Numbered from the stretch's first letter, positions 1 through 12,350 are shown. The stretch: 64,000 nucleotides of DNA from the human T2T-CHM13v2.0 reference genome, Homo sapiens (GCF_009914755.1 NC_060930.1); one strand, 5' to 3'. Made by a program: numbers and translations. Notes: a model not told the origin generated them from the sequence alone.

Positions 1-240
<240 letters not shown>

Positions 241-254
241 AGACTGTCTCGTTT

Positions 255-430
255 AACATTGTGCCCAGCACCTAGCACAATGCTTGACACATAGTAGGTC
301 CTTAATAAATATTTGAAGAGTAGATAAAAATTATTATATTTAATAATAAAACTTGCACTGCCTACTTCATAGGGTAAGGAAAATCGAACAGAACATGTTA
401 TTGGAAAATACTTTGCAATTGTAATACAAT
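255..430. mobile_element. L2 3'-end / MIR fragments
   Basis: ccagcacctagcacaatgcttgacacatagtagg...aataaatatttg is the typical L2 terminus, followed by MIR-like cctacttcatagggt. Confidence 0.55.
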
Positions 431-654
431 TAAAGTAAAATATATTAACATTTTACCTACTATGCATATATATTGGTACATTTCAATATATGTGATATCT
501 CATCCATAAAGGCCATTGATATTTTTTAAAGGAACACATATGTATAATTTTAAAAAATCCTCTTCAGCAAGTTAACTTTACGTGCTAATACCATTAATAT
601 GGGAGCATGTTTTTATTTATCTAAAATTATATCTATTTACTTTCTGGCAAGCTG

Positions 655-900
655 TGTTTTACCAGTTGGAATGCTTTTGTCTGTAAGTAACAAAAAAACT
701 ACAATCAAAGCAACAACAATAACAACTTGACTCAAGCTGACTTAAAGTATAAAATAATAAGGAGCTTTATAATCTCACATAGCAAGAATGCCAGAGGTAG
801 GTGTAGTACAGGGTTGGTAAACACGGTCCCTCAGAGAGCTCATCTGAGGCTCAGGGTCTCCGATGGACACATCTCTGCACTCTGCTATCCTTAGACAAAG
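655..900. mobile_element. old ERVL-class LTR fragment (LTR33/MLT1-like)
   Basis: cagttggaatgcttttgtctgtaagtaaca...tttataatctcacatagcaagaatgccagaggtagg pattern. Confidence 0.4.
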
Positions 901-939
901 ACACTCCTTGACTCAGGCTCCTCTGAGCCCGCTCTCGGC

Positions 940-1370
940 TGATGGTATAGATGAAGGTGGTGGCAATGGATATAGGGGAAATTGGGAGTTTTAAGATATC
1001 TTTTAAAGCTTGAAACCACAAAACTGACTAAAGAATAGGATGATGGGAAAAGGTAATCAGGGGTGACCATCTAGTTTGAGAAACTGGGTGTGTGGTTGGT
1101 GATGCCACTTACTGAGATGGCGAGGAAGCAGTTTGGGAGGAGGAATCAGGAATTCCATTTTAAACAGGTTACATTTGAGTTGCCTGTGAAGCGTCCAGTA
1201 AGAGGTATTCCTAAGATGATGTAATAGTCAGACTTCATTTCAAAAGAAATATCTGAGTTAGGGATATAATTGGAGTCTTCTCAATTTGCAAATGACATTT
1301 ATAGCCCTGGGAATTAATGAAGTCACCTAAGGAAAGAGTACTGATAAAGAATGGAGTGTGGTTAAAGAAG
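940..1370 (-). mobile_element. L2 fragment
   Basis: ggtgatgccacttactgagatgg, ttccattttaaacaggttacatttgagttgcctgtg and gacatttatagccctgggaattaatgaagtcacctaagga are L2-typical blocks. Confidence 0.65.
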
Positions 1371-1384
1371 GCAAATGATTTCTT

Positions 1385-4300
1385 TCTGTTTTTAATTTAA
1401 CTTTTATTTTAAGTTCAGGGGTACATGTGTTATATAGGAAAATTTGTGTCATAGGGGATTTGTTGTACAGATTATTTCCTCACCCAGGTACTAAGCCTAG
1501 TATCCAATAGCTATTTTTCCTGATCATTTCCCTCCTTCCACCCTCCATCCTACAATAGGCCCCAGTGTGTGGTGTTCCCCACCATTTGTCCATGTGTTCT
1601 CATCATTTAGCTCCCTCTTACAAGTAAGAGCATGCAGTATTTGGTTTTCTGTTCCTGCATTAGTTTGCTAAGGATGATGCCCTGCAGCTCCATCCATGTT
1701 CCTGAAAAGGACATGATCTCATTCTTTCGTATGGCTGCGTCGCCGTCTATGGTGTATATACAGCATATTCTCTGTATCCAGTCTACTAATGATGCACAGT
1801 TACGTTGATTCCATGCTTTTGCTATTGTGAGTAGTGCTGCAGTGAATATACATGTGCAGGTGTCTTTACAATAGAATGATTTATATTGCTTTGGGCAGTA
1901 TGGCCATTTTAATGATATTGATTCTTCCTATTCATGAGCATGGAATGTTTTTCCATTTGTGTCATCTCTGATTTCTTTGAGCAGTGTTTTGTAGTTGTCC
2001 TTGTAGAGATCTTTCACCTTCCTGGTTAGTTGTATTCCTAGGTATTTTATTTTGTGTGTGTGGCAGTTGTGAATGGGAGTTTGCTCCTGATTTGGCTCTC
2101 AGATATATACCCAGTAATGATATCCAGTAATGGGATCATTGGGTAGAATGGTATTTCTGTTTTTAGGTCTTCGAGGAACTGCCACACTATTGTGTCTTTC
2201 ACAATGGTTGAACGAATTTACACTGCCACCAACAGTGTATAAGCATTCCTTTTTCTCTGTAACCTCGCCAACATCTGTTATTTTTTGACTTTTCAATAGC
2301 CATTCTGACTAGTGTGAGATAGTATCTCATTGTGGTTTTGATTTGCATTCCTCTAATGATCTGTGATTTGAGCTTTTTCTCATATGCTTCTTAGCTGCAT
2401 ATATGTCTTCTTTTGAAAAATGGCTGTTCGTGTCCTTTGCCTACTTTTTAATGGTATTGTTTACTTTTTTCTTGTAAATTTGTTTAAGATCTTTATAGAT
2501 GCTGGATATTAGACCTTTGTAAGATGCATAGTTTGCAAAAATTTTCTTCCATTCTATAGATTGTCTGTGCACTCTGTTGATAGTTTGTTGTGCAGAAACT
2601 CTTTAGTTTAATTAGATTCCATATGCCAATTTTTGCTTTTTTGCAATTGCTTTGGTGTCTTTGCCATGAAATCTTTGCCCATTCTTATGTCCAGAATGGT
2701 AATGCCTAGGCTGTCTTCCAAAGTTTTTATAGTTTTGGGTTTTATGTTTAAGTCTTTAATCCATCTTGAGTTAATTTTTGCATATGGTCTAAGGAAGGGA
2801 TCCAGTTTTAATCTTCTGCATATGGCTAGCCATTTATCCCAGCACCATTTATTTAATTTTTGTATATGGTGTAAGGAAGGGATTCAGTTTCAATCTTCTG
2901 CATATGGCTAGCCAGTTATCCCAGCGCTATTTATTGAATAGGGAATACTTTCCCCATTGCTTGTTTTTGTCACATTTGTTGAAGATCAGAGGGTTGTAGG
3001 TGTGCAGGCTTATTTCTCGGTTCTCTTTTCTGTTTCATTGGTCTATCTGTCTGTTTTTGTACCATTACCATGCTGTTTGGGTTACTGTAGCCCTGTAGTA
3101 TAGTTTGAAGTCAAGTAACATGATGCTTCTAGCTTTGTTCTTTTTGCTTAGGATTGCCTTGGATATTCGGAGTCTTTTTTGATTCAAAATGAATTTTAAA
3201 ATAGTGTTTTTCTAGTTCCATGAAAAATGTTGATGGTAGTTTAGCACGAATAGCATTGAATCTGTAAATTGCTTTGGGTGGTATGGCCATTTTAATGATA
3301 TTGATTCTTCCTATCCATGAGCATGGACTGTTTTTCCACTTGTGTCATCTCTGATTTCTTTGAGCAGTGTTTTGTAGTTATCCTTGTAGAGATCTTTCAC
3401 CTTCCTGGTTAGTTGTATTCCTAGGTATTTTATTTTTTTTGTGTGTGGCAATTGTGAATGGGAGTTTGCTCCTGATTTGGCTCTCAGCTTGACTGTTGTT
3501 GTTGTATAGAAATGTTAGTGATTTTTGCACATGAATTTTGTATCCTGAGACTTTGCTGAAGTTGTTTATCAGCTGTAGGAGCTTTTGGGCCAAGACTATG
3601 GGGGTTTTATAGATAAAGATCATGTCGTCTGCAAACAGGGATAGTTTGGCTTTCTCTCTTCTTTTTTGGGTGTAATTTACTTCTTTCTCTTGCCTGATTG
3701 CCCTGGCTAACACTTCTAACACTATGTTGAATAGGAGTGGTAAAAGAAGGCATGTTTGCCTTGTGCCAGTTTTCAAGGGGAATGCTTCCAGCTTTTGTCC
3801 ATTCAGTATGATGTTGGTTGTGGGTTTGTCATAGATGGCTCTTATTATTTTGAGGTATGTTCCTTCAATACATAGTTTATTGAGAGTTTTTAATATGAAG
3901 GGGTGTTGAATTTTTTTGAAAGCCTTTTCTGCATGTATTGAGGTAATCATGTGTTTTTTGTCTTTGGTTGTGTTTATGTGATGAATCACATTTCTTGATT
4001 TGCCTGTGTCGAACATTGCAATCTTGCATCCCAGGGATAAAGCTTAGTTGATCATGGTGGATAAACTTTTTGATGTGCTACTGGGTTTGGTTTACCAGTA
4101 TTTTGTTGAAGATTTTTGCATCAATGTTCATCAAGGATATTAGCCTGAAGTTTTCTCTTTTTTTGTTGTATCTCTTCCAGGTTTTGGTATCAGGATAATG
4201 CTGGCCCATAGAATGATTTAGGGATGAATCCCTTCTGCTCAGTTCTTTTAGAATAGTTTCTGCAGGAATGTCACCAGCTCTTCTTTGTACATCTGGTAGA

Positions 4301-4710
4301 ATTCAGTTGTGAATCCATCTGGTCCTGGGCTTTTCTTGGTTGGCAGTCTATCAGTTTCAGACCTTGTTATTGCTCTGTTCGGGGATTCAGTTTCTTCCTG
4401 GTTCAGTCTTGGGAGGGTGTATGTGTCCAGGAACTTATCTATTTCTTCTAGATTTTTTGGCTTATGTGCATAGAGTTGTTCATAATATTCTCTGTTATTT
4501 GTATTTCTGTGAGGTCAGTGGTAATATCCCTCTTGTTTTTGATTATGTTTATTTAAATCTTCTCTCTTTTCTTCTTTATTAACCTAGCTAGTGATCTATC
4601 TACTTTATTAATTTAAAAAAAAAACAGCTCCTGGATTTATTGATCTTTTGAGTGGTTTTTCTTGTCCCAATTTCCTTCAGTTCACCTCTGATTTTGGTTA
4701 TTTCTTGTCT
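1385..4710 (-). mobile_element. 5'-truncated L1 (L1PB/late L1PA-like) with internal duplications
   Basis: 3' UTR starts at about 1385. ORF 3378..4016 is an ORF2 reverse-transcriptase remnant ([10 protein letters not shown]...LFADDM). Confidence 0.92.
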
Positions 4711-4937
4711 TGAAGGCAGATGATTTCTTATGGAGGTGAATATTTGCTTATGTAAGGCCCAGCCTTCTAAGGACCCCATTTCTACATATCTGTCCCAGAG
4801 AAATGAAAAGCTTATCTTTAACTGAAAAACCTGGACATGAGTGTTCATGTCAACATTATTCATAATTACTCAAAACTGGAAGCAACAGAAATGAGGCCAA
4901 ATCTGGAGGCTTTATCTGACCGTTATGATCCACTAAC

Positions 4938-5013
4938 CTCCCGTCGTGCAGAAGACTGTGTGTTACTCTCACGTCTGCATCCAAGGGATCGCACCATGCA
5001 GTGGAGATCACAA
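4938..5013 (-). pseudogene. fossil exon (76 nt), VISTAWCDPLDADVRVTHSLLHDG
   Basis: Pyrimidine tract then CAG acceptor; GAG|GTTAGT donor; W...L..D resembles the end of an RGS22-type RGS repeat. Confidence 0.45.
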
Positions 5014-5382
5014 CTGCCCCACGGAGGCAGAGATTAAGAAGATAGGCAGAACACGCATTGTCATTCCCAGAAGGGTGGTTGTTTATAAATCTGAAACCAA
5101 ACTATTAAATAACAACAGCTGTAGCGCTCCTCTTAACCAACAACATAACAAAAATATCTCCAGTTATTCTGACCAAGGTCTGCACAGAGTCAGCCCTAGA
5201 ATTCTGACGCAATCCCACTAGAAAATACTGGATAAGTTTTTCTCCTAAAATGTTAGGGAATTTGAGAAACAGAGTCACATCACATACTTCAACAGAGTAC
5301 AGTTCAACAAACTCAGCCTATCTTCATCACACATTTTAAAACCGAATTATGTATGCAACTCCTTTCTGTAAAACAAACACTC

Positions 5383-5683
5383 TTTCTTTTTTCTTTTTTT
5401 TTTTGAGACAGAGTCTCCCTCTGCCGCCCAGGCTGGAGTGCAGTGGCGCCATCTCAGCTCACTGCAACCGCCGCCTCCCGGGTTCAAGCAATTCTCTGCC
5501 TCCGCCTCCCGACCAGCTGGGATTACAGTGACGCGCCACCATGCCCGGCTAATTTTTGTATTTTTAGCAGAGACGGGGTTTCACCATCTTGCCCAGGCTG
5601 CTCTTTAACTCCTGACCTCGTGATCCACCCACCTCGGGCTCCCAAGGTGCTGGGATTACAGGCGTGAGCCACCGCGCCCGGCC
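5383..5683 (-). mobile_element. AluS-family element, CpG-rich
   Basis: Full dimer with poly-T; TSD aaaacaaacact on both sides. Confidence 0.92.
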
Positions 5684-5834
5684 AAAACAAACACTTTTAC
5701 GACAATTGAAAAATAGAAGTTTCCAATTCAATTTTGCAACTAAAAAATAATAATAATGTGGTGCCTTCATGTTAAACTTTGGAAAAAGCCAGGGAAGTGG
5801 CTTGCTCTGGTGAATAAATTCTGTAGACCCTTAA

Positions 5835-5987
5835 GGCTGTTCGCAGCGTACACCAAGACTTCCGAGGCAAGTGGGGGCTCCCCCTGGCGGCTGCGCCGGG
5901 TGGCTGCTCCGGGATTGTGCGGACCTCCGAGCTACACCGTCTCCAACCAACAGAAGCCAGCAGGAACCTGCCTTAGATGTGGTAAGT
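5835..5987 (+). promoter_or_regulatory. small CpG-rich patch ending in a 5' splice donor; candidate first exon or promoter of an antisense lncRNA
   Basis: Dense CpGs (ggcggctgcgccgggtggctgctccggg) followed by GTG|GTAAGT at 5981/5982. Confidence 0.4.
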
Positions 5988-6063
5988 GATCTAGCTAAGC
6001 ACCGTGGACAGAGAGAGTTGCAAGAAAAATGGTGGCATAAAGTAACTGATCCTAACATTTCAC

Positions 6064-6458
6064 CTACGAATTGACCCCTTGCAGGGAATGAGACAACACA
6101 ACTTCTCCCATAGGCCTGGTGGTCAGAGAGGCTGGATCAAGAATCTCCACAGCCCAGCGAGAAGCCACGCGAACACACCCCTGTGTGGGTATCCGTGACC
6201 TGGCGGCCTGCAGAACTCCTGGGCCAGAGACGTCCTCATCCTGTTGGAATATCCAGGTATCTCCACTCCGAATATCCTCATCTTCCTGGAACCCCTCTTT
6301 TTCTCCTAACATTCTCTTAAATGAAATTCCATATCTGCTACAACACAGAAAGAGAGGCGGAACAAGAAAAACTGGTGATCCACTAATAAGAAGGCCCTGG
6401 AGCCTCTCGATGTTTAATCTTCTCAAGGGATGAGAATGTGTCTCGTACTTCTCAGCAT
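6064..6458 (-). pseudogene. fossil exon encoding a degenerate RGS repeat
   Basis: TTTCAG acceptor, TAG|GTGAAA donor. Mixed-frame translation NIERLQGLL...PLFLCC/ADMEFHLRE...WRYLD...GP/RSSAG...EILDPASL parallels recalled RGS22 EFEHFRQFL...DLMCWTDIEQF...NKYLN...GPNSPAS...EQLDAPVL. Confidence 0.55.
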
Positions 6459-6639
6459 CTGAAACGCAGCCTTCGCTAATGGGTCAGTTTCACTGGACGT
6501 ACTCCCAGGATCATAGATGGCAGCCGGGGAAGGCAGTGAGGGTGGAAATGTCTCACTAGGCTGAATTGAAGTGAGGCCTACCCGTTGCCTCCTTTGCATG
6601 TGTTTAAGTATTAGAAGAATCTAGTAATTTGCCCATAAG

Positions 6640-7010
6640 AGATAATCAAACAAGAAAACAAAGGTGTATGTGCAAAGATTTGAATCTTAGCTTTATTTGA
6701 AATAACAGAAAATTGGAAGTCAATTCATGTCCATCAGCGTGGGGCTGGCCACCTGCCAATTCATGTCCATTTCCCTGGAGGGAAATGACCCAACCATGGA
6801 GAGAACGATGTTCACTGATTGCATTGGCGTGGCAAGAACTCCATGGCATGTTGCATCATGAAGAAAGCTGCCCCGCAAAATGAGATGCGATTGACGTTGA
6901 TGTGTCTGTACTTGTGCAAAGAGAGATTTGGGAAAGGAAGTTTACTGAAGTGTTAACAATGGGTTACAAGTTTTGAAGTGATTTTAATTTCTTTTTTTTT
7001 AAGTTTCTGT
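6640..7010 (+). mobile_element. old L1ME-type 3' fragment
   Basis: gtatgtgcaaagattt...agctttatttgaaataacagaaaattggaagtcaattcatgtccatca L1M 3' signature. Confidence 0.55.
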
Positions 7011-7049
7011 TAGGCTGGGATTTTCCCCATAGATATGCATCATCTATGT

Positions 7050-7381
7050 CAGCAATCCCCAACCTTTTGGGCACCAGGACAGGTTTCGTGAAAGACAATT
7101 TTTCCACGGACCAGGAGTGGGAGGGACGGTTTCAGGATGATTCAAGCACATTACGTTTATCATTAGATTCTCACAAGGAGCATGCAAGCTAGATCCCTTG
7201 CATGCCCAGTTCACAATAGGGTTCGTGCTCCTATGAGAATCTGATGTTGCCACTGGTCTGACAGGAGGTGGAGCTCAGCTTCGCTCACTTGCCCCACCAC
7301 TCACCTCCTGCTGTGCAGCCCAGTTCCTAACAGGCCACAGACCAGTATACCAGTCTGTCACCTGGGGGTTGGGGATCCCTG
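7050..7381. mobile_element. MER1B (non-autonomous Charlie3-derived hAT MITE)
   Basis: TIRs cagcaatccccaacc / ggttggggatccctg; degenerate 8-bp TSD atctatgt/atttttgt; both ends match the ends of the Charlie3 at 30094-33076. Confidence 0.88.
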
Positions 7382-7947
7382 ATTTTTGTAATTGGAAGTA
7401 AAGTTGTTCGCATTACTTTAAAATAAAGACAGTACCATCGTTATAAAGTATTCTCTAAGTGCAATCATAGGGAAAAGTTCTGCTGAAAACTCTAGGGATG
7501 GTTAGTCGTTTTAGGGAAATACGGGGAACTAGATGGATTCTGGTTTTTATTTATCTTCCTTCAAAACAGCTACTAGTAATCTGCAGAAAAGATGCATGGG
7601 AAATAAACCAGGAAAACTGAGCCCAAAGTGAGGTGCAAAGGTTCTAAAAGGATCAGTGGTCAATGATGTCGTGGCATGTATCAGCTGAATCCAAAGTTGA
7701 TGTGAGTTCCAAAATTATACTGAGACTTTGGGGGAAAACAAAGGCTCAGCTATGCTCATCCATCAGATTTCAGTTCCTTCATCAGTTCCTTGAGTGGCCA
7801 CCACTTCTACTGTGATAAGTCACCACTGACCTGGGCCACTGCTCTGTTCTCATCACAGTTACAAGGTGAGATTTCTTTAAGAGATTATTTGACTAACAAT
7901 TGGCCTCACCCATTTGATTGTGAGCTTCGTGAACACATGCAACATTT

Positions 7948-7982
<35 letters not shown>

Positions 7983-8229
7983 AGACAGAGTCTCACTCTA
8001 TCAGCCAGGCTGCAGTGCAGTGGCACAATCTTGGCTCACTGCAACCTCCACCTCCCGGGTTCAGGTGATCCATCCACCTCAGCCTCCTGAGGAGCTGGGA
8101 CTACAGGTGAGGGTCACCATGCCTGGCTGATTTTTGTATTTTCTGTAGAGACAGTGTTTCATCAAATGATCCACCTGTCTTGGCCTCCCATAGTGCTAAG
8201 ATTACAGGCATGAGCCACCATGCCCAGCT
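7948..8229 (-). mobile_element. Alu with internal left-arm deletion
   Basis: Long poly-T; jumps from gagacagtgtttc to aaatgatccacc. Confidence 0.88.
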
Positions 8230-8505
8230 ATTTTTATTTTTATTTAGTTTTTGCTAATAATGTAATCCTTGGTGGCTGACACATATTAGGGGCTCAAAAC
8301 AAGTTTGAGTAAATGAATAAAAGCACTACAGTGTGAGCTTAAAAAATAATTGTAACACTTGCACTGTGGAAACACAAATTACCTTACTGATCTGAAAATT
8401 GCATTTTGTACTTTTTGCTTTAATTGCATATTTTGAAAAAAGAAATGCCTCATAATTTTTCCTTGACTGTTATTTCATTTTCTTTATTCCTCAAACATAC
8501 TGTAG

Positions 8506-8557
8506 ACGTTGGAGGAAACACCAGAGCCTATACAGGGATGGTTGATTGTGAGAAAAG
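8506..8557 (+). ncRNA. candidate 52-nt internal exon of a plus-strand non-coding transcript
   Basis: Pyrimidine tract then TAG acceptor; AAG|GTAAGA donor; lies downstream of the donor at 5982. Confidence 0.3.
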
Positions 8558-8740
8558 GTAAGACAAGTAAGTCTCTCTATTTGAAACCCTGAAACCTTGT
8601 TTTTCAGCAGGCACATTGCATGCATGATCAAACAGATTAGTGTGGTTCTAATTGGTAAACCATTAATAAGCCATAGAATATAATCAAGATCATTCAGAAA
8701 GATACACAAGCAAATCCACAAAAGGGGATTAGAAACCCAG

Positions 8741-11092
8741 TGTGTTCAGGTATTCTTGCATTGCTGTAATGAAATACCTGAGGCTGGGTAATTTATAAAG
8801 AACAGAGGTTTAATTGGCTCATGGTTCTGCAGGCTGTACAGAAAGTGTGGGGCCAGCATCTGATGTGCTTCTGGTGAGGGACTCAGGAAGCTAACAATCA
8901 TGACAGAAGGCAAAGGGGAAGTAGACATCTCACATATAATGAGAGCAGGAGCAAGAGAGAAAGTGGGGTGGGGGCAGGTGCCACACACTTTTAAACAACT
9001 ACATCTCACAATAACTCACTCATTCTCATGAGGACAGCACCAAACCATTCATGAGAAATCCACCCCTAAGACCCAAACACCTTCCACCAGATCCAAGACT
9101 GAGGATTACATCTCAACATAAGATTTAGGGAGACCATCCAAACTATATCATTCTGCCCCTGGCCTCCCAAATCTCAGGTCCTTCTCACATTGCAAAATAA
9201 TATCGTGGCCTTCTCACATTGCAAAATAATCTCTTTTCAATAGTCCTCCAAAGTCTTAACTCATTCCAGCTTTAACTGAAAAGTCCCATGTCCAGATGAG
9301 TTCCTTCCACCTGTGAGTCTGTAAAATCACAAGAAGTTATTTACTTCTGAGATACAATGGGAGTACTAGAATTGGGTATATATTCCTGTTCCAAAAGGTA
9401 GAAATTGGCTGAAAGAAAAGGGCTATAGACCTCACACAAGCCTAAAAGCCAGCAGGAGAGTCATTAAATCTTAAAGCTCCAAAATAATCTCATTCGACTC
9501 CATGTCCCACATCCAGGGCACACAGGTGCAAGGGATGGTCTCCCAACGCTTTGAGTAGCTCCATCCCCGTATCTTTACAGGGCATAGCCCCTACAGCTTC
9601 TCTCACAGGCTGGAGTTGAGTGCCTGCAGCTTTTCCTGGTGCAGGGTGCAAGCTGCTGATGGATATACCATACTGGGGTCTGGAGTACAGAGCCTCTTTC
9701 CCACAGCTCCACCAGGCAGTGCTCCAGTGGGGACTCTTTGTGGGGTCTCCAACCACACATTTCCCCTTGACACTACCCTAGTAAAAGCTCTCTGTGAGGG
9801 CTCCACCCCTGCAGCAGACTTCTGCCAGGAACCCAGACTTTTCCATACCTCCATTGAAATCTAAGGGGAGGCTGCCAAGCATTCTTCAGTCTTACATTCT
9901 GTGTGCCTTCAGGCTTAACACCACACAGAAACACAAAGGCTTATGGCTCCTGCCCTTTATAACAGCAGCCAGAGCAGCCAGGATGTGGGAACCAGTGTCC
10001 CAAGGCTGTGTAGGGTACTGGGGTCCTGGGCCTAGCCCACAGAACCATTCTTCCCTCCTAGACCTCTGGACCTGTGATAGGTGGGGCTGTCTAGAACAAC
10101 TCTGAAATGTCTTTGAGGCCTTTTCTCCATTGTCTTGGCTGTCAGCACCTTGCTCCCTTTCAGTCATGCAAATCTTTCTAGCAAGTGGTTGCTCCATAGC
10201 CCACTTTGATTCCTCTCCTGATAATGCTTTTTCTTTCTCTGTCATGTGGCCAGGCTACAAATTTTCCAAACTTTTACACACTGCTTCCACTTTCAATATA
10301 ACGTTCAACTTTAAGTCATTTCTTTGCTCCCATATCTGAGCATAGGCTGTTAGAAGCAGCCAGGTTAGAGGCAGCCAAGTCACATGTTTAACACTTTATT
10401 GCTTTAGAAATTTCTTCCTCCAGATACCCTAAGTCATCACTTTTAAGTTCAAACTTCCATAAATCCCTGGGGCATGAACACGATACAGCCAAGTTATTAT
10501 CACTATCAGCATTTTGGTCACAACCATTTAACCAGTCTCTAAGAAGTTCCAAACTTTACCTCATCTTCCTTTCTTCTTCTGAGCCCTCCAAACTTTTCCA
10601 TCCTCTGCCTATTAACCAATTCCAAAGTTGCTTCCACATTTTCAGGTATCTTTATAGCAACACCTCACTCCTTGGTACCAATTTTCTGTGTTCGCCCATT
10701 CTCACATTGCTATAAAGAAGTACCTGAAGCTGGGTAATTTATAGAGAAAAGTTTAATTGGCTCATGGTTCTGTAGTCTATACAGGAGGCATGGTGATTGC
10801 ATCTGCTTGGCTTCTGGAGAAGCCTCAAGAAGCTTCTAATCATGTGGAAGGTAAAGTGTGAGCACAAGTCTCACATGGCAAGAGTAGGAGCAAAAGAGAG
10901 GGTGAGGGGGAGGTACCATATGCTTCTAAACAATCAGATCTCACAGGAACTCACTCACACTTGGGAGGATAGTACCAAGCCATTCATGAGGAATCCACTC
11001 CCATGACCCAAACATCTGCCACCAGGACCTACCTCCAATACTGAGGATTACATCTCAACATGAGATTTGGAGGGGACATCCAAACTATATCA
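8741..11092 (-). mobile_element. complete MST (MaLR) provirus: 3' LTR 8741-9150, internal 9151-10686, 5' LTR 10687-11092
   Basis: Two homologous LTRs of about 410 bp; perfect 5-bp TSD CCCAG (8736-8740, 11093-11097); polypurine tract aggggcagaa on the minus strand; MaLR internal ORF remnants. Confidence 0.93.
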
Positions 11093-11584
11093 CCCAGAAA
11101 TGGTCCAACTTCAAGGTCTTGCAGTATTTGAGATAATGTGTGCACTGCTCAGGATCACAAAGGCTTCTAAAAACATGGGTCAATGAGAGAGATATATTGA
11201 TCCCAGCTTTGAGTACCAAGAGGAAGAAAAGGAGGCAGAGTTTAAATGTTGTCAGTTCTCAAACACAGAGATGAAGGCTCAGGGAATAACCTTAGAAGAA
11301 AGATATTGCATTGTCAGAAGACTGAAAGAAAACAAAACAAATTTTTTAAAAAATGGTGGAGGCTGAGGTAAGATTTCAGGTTAGCGTAGTAAAATTCTCT
11401 TTTCCACTAAGGGCACTTTATTCAGAGTCTGCTTAAAATATGAGAGGGCATCACACACATTAATAATGAATAATTCCATTTCCTTTTTTTTTAAGTGATT
11501 TACAAGAAACTTGTTGCATAGATTTTTTAAAATCAACCAAATGCCCTTGAAGTGTAACAGTTGTTTACTAGAAAGCATAATTAC

Positions 11585-12020
11585 TGAAAATGTTGGGCTA
11601 CATTAATAGAGGCATATTTGTCAGATTATGGAAGGCTATGATCCCACTATAAGAATGACAACTTTGAATATTTGTTATTTCTTAATTTTTGCAACAACTG
11701 TGAAAGGCAAATAACTAAGGAGGCCCTGAATCCTAGTTGTTAGAGGAACAGGCATCCATCAGCTTTGTGACCTTGGGAAATCCTTTCACCAGCTCCATAG
11801 AGTTGTTAATAGAAGAATTCTTGAGCTGATACATAAAAAGCACTTACTTCGTGTAGGGCTGAGACTTAATAAACAATAAATAGCAGCAATCATTTGATTA
11901 TCTGACAAACAAGAAACATAGATTCCTTTCCTTATGTGACTTGTCCAAGATCCCACAATTGGAAGAAGTTGAGCCAGGGCTGAAATGCAGGCTCAGCTCT
12001 GTTTTACATTCCAAGTCCCT
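11585..12020. mobile_element. L3/CR1 and MIR fragments
   Basis: ttgggctacattaatagaggcata (CR1-like); tgtgaccttgggaaatc and tgacttgtccaagatcccaca (MIR core). Confidence 0.5.
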
Positions 12021-12189
12021 TCTTCACTCGCTTCTCAGCTGCCTTTTCCCTCGATCTTGCCATGGTAACATCCCAGACAGACCTTTGCTTTGCCAAGATC
12101 TGATGTTGACATAATACCCCATGCTATCCCCAGGCTTCTTCTTGAGAGATTGAATGTTTCCACGTTGCTTGCATCTCCAGTGGTCACTT

Positions 12190-12350
12190 ACATCTCCCTG
12201 ACGATCTACTCTGCTAAGTACATTGCTTGCAAAATACTTAAACAACAAACAAATATGCAGATAAACACATCTCCCTGACAATCTACTCTGCTAAGTACAT
12301 TGCTTGCAAAATACTTAAACAACAAACAAACAAATATGCAGATAAACACA
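12190..12350. repeat. near-perfect tandem duplication, 77-bp period, 2 copies
   Basis: acatctccctgac(g/a)atctactctgctaagtacattgcttgc...gataaac at 12190 and 12267. Confidence 0.95.

Noticed and set aside
3378-4016. 212-aa ORF with RT motifs (and the 213-aa ORF at 46554..47195)
   Set aside because: Decayed L1 ORF2 fragments, not host genes.
9490-10339. Cluster of overlapping ORFs
   Set aside because: MaLR internal-region remnants.
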